A DNA stretch of 64,000 nt from NCBI GenBank assembly GCA_009602735.1, contig WELA01003365.1, positions 133,384 through 197,383 on the forward strand, written 5' to 3'. Below the pieces are notes generated by a model, which was given only the letters and a program-made list of their open reading frames with translations, searched no databases and was not told the origin of the DNA. The DNA is from Mesotaenium endlicherianum. Taxonomy: Eukaryota. The number at the start of each line of letters is the position of its first letter. The first letter of the stretch is position 1. Positions 62,434 through 64,000 of this stretch are shown here, piece after piece. Position numbers and translations under genes: made by a program.

Positions 62434-63694
62434 ATGGAGGCCCTAGGAGCCAGTAAGTACAAAATCATCGTGTACTTCAGCAGTGCTGGTTGCTGCTTCG
62501 ATCACGTCACCTTTGTTCGCATGTCAATTCTTGACTATTTTTCACAATAGTTTATTTCTCCTGAATAGGGTGGTAATTTCAAAAGCAGAAAGCTCTTATC
62601 GTACGTGATCATATATGACTCTGGGAGGCACAATGCTGATGCACCACTTCTCTTTTGTCAGGCACAAAGCGTGGAAGGTCAGCAAAGACAACAAGGTATG
62701 CAAGATCAACTGGAGATGGAAAGTTCAGGACAGGTTCAGGTGCTGCACGTATGGACCTATGCCATTATTTCTTTGGCACAGAGGCTCGTCACCCTAGCCA
62801 AAGGCTTCCCCCAGCCTATTGGAAATTCAGTCCCAGCACTAGAGAGTGTTGCCAAGCGCCTTGCAAGTCCAGTCATCACTCCCATCCACAAGTATGGCCC
62901 CAGCTTATTGGATGCGGCTGATGCCAAGGTACATACGTTCCTTCCTAATTGGTCCTTTAAGTTTCTACTAGGCACACCCACGAGAGCGACATGACATGTG
63001 ATGGACACATTCTGAAGCTGACATAGGGAGGGTGTGGTTGTTCCGACGACAGTTGTCATCACTCCTTCATCTTGGCGGTCCTCCAGTGGTGCAGCTGGGG
63101 AAAATCTTTGAGGGCCTGCCCTCCCGAGTGAGCAGGACTGCTGATAAGCTCTACGAGAATTTCTCCACGCCCGGCCGAGGCCTTGTTGGCGCTGTGGCTG
63201 ACACCTGGGTGGAGGTTGAGCCTTCTGTGACGGAGGATGCCCAGGCAGCCATCACTGCTCTGAACAGCATTCCTCTTGTCTGCCTCTCAACACCCCTGCT
63301 AAAGATGGCCATGGCTGCAGCCAGACCTGTCTCCAGCTTGCTTCATAGAGTCAGTCGTGTTGGACCCGAAGTAAGCAAGGAGGAGACGAGGCAAGAGATG
63401 CCCACTGGCAAGGGTGTTGATGGTGATATGGCTGAGGCTGATGAGCAAGTAACCAAGCAGGCTGGTGTAGTAGCAGGGAAGGTGCAAGCTCTTGAGGAGC
63501 CTTATGAAGTGAAAGAGAGCGTAGGCGCTGAGAAAGCGGCACTTAAAGGAAGTGAGAGCAAGCAGCAGCAGCAGCAGCAGGAGATTGAGCCTGAAAAGAA
63601 GGAGAAGGGCAAGGCAAAATGGAAGGGCAAGATTCCAAAGAGGAAGTCCCTCGATGGTTCTGTAGTGTTTGATTTGCTGGAGAAAGGTTGGTGA
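62434..63694 (+). CDS. probable REF/SRPP (lipid-droplet-associated, LDAP-like) protein; exon structure approximate
   Basis: Exon ~62662-62928 (AKGFPQPIGNSVPALESVAKRLASPV..LLDAADAK|gt) resembles the REF domain pattern as recalled; last exon ~63095-63694 has amphipathic then charged segments; candidate ATG 62434. Confidence 0.5.
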
Positions 63695-64000
63695 AGGTCG
63701 CGCACTTGAGTGGAGGTGTTCCAGCTGCTCAAGGTGACCTGAAGTTGAGTTTGTCTTTATTGTGTTATCGTCTTTCTGTCGGTCCGGCTTCTTGAGGCGT
63801 TTGCCCACCCGTGCCGAACCTGGCTATGAGTTTATGCATGTACAGTTGAAGTGAGGGACGAGAGGAAGTCTATATTTGACTTGTTTTTCTCATCAGTATA
63901 AGTGAAGTCACCAAGGGGAACTGTTGGAATGTGCAATATGGAAGCTCAGGTATGTAGGACTATATATGTGGCTAAGGGGAAGCGTGCCCAGTAATCTGGC

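Overview
Eukaryotic nuclear DNA, most likely a streptophyte alga or other non-seed plant (inferred from plant-type genes with GC-rich, microsatellite-laden introns). The assembly has N gaps. Left arm: a divergent gene pair, a multi-exon TruD/PUS7 pseudouridine synthase (minus, with a U12 AT-AC intron) and a FYVE+ankyrin protein (plus). Right arm: HY5, a U1A/U2B''-family snRNP protein and a probable REF/SRPP lipid-droplet protein. The middle (about 21-53 kb) is a transposon nest. It holds a Mutator-like MITE and seven LTR insertions (four gag-pol Ty3/gypsy elements, three with a visible chromodomain, plus three LTR-only insertions); every insertion has a readable 5-bp TSD. Removing the LTR insertions rejoins three fragments (22280-22596, 50889-51168, 51921-52261) into one HUH/Y1 Rep transposase gene of the Replitron type, about 312 codons long. 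It is flanked by hairpins built on a CCCCTCAC/GTGAGGGG motif, and these recur in a tandem non-coding unit. One chromovirus carries an intact 558-aa unknown third ORF with apparent splice signals. Its LTRs share a covarying structured motif with a divergent LTR family. All coordinates were read by eye and no database search was run.
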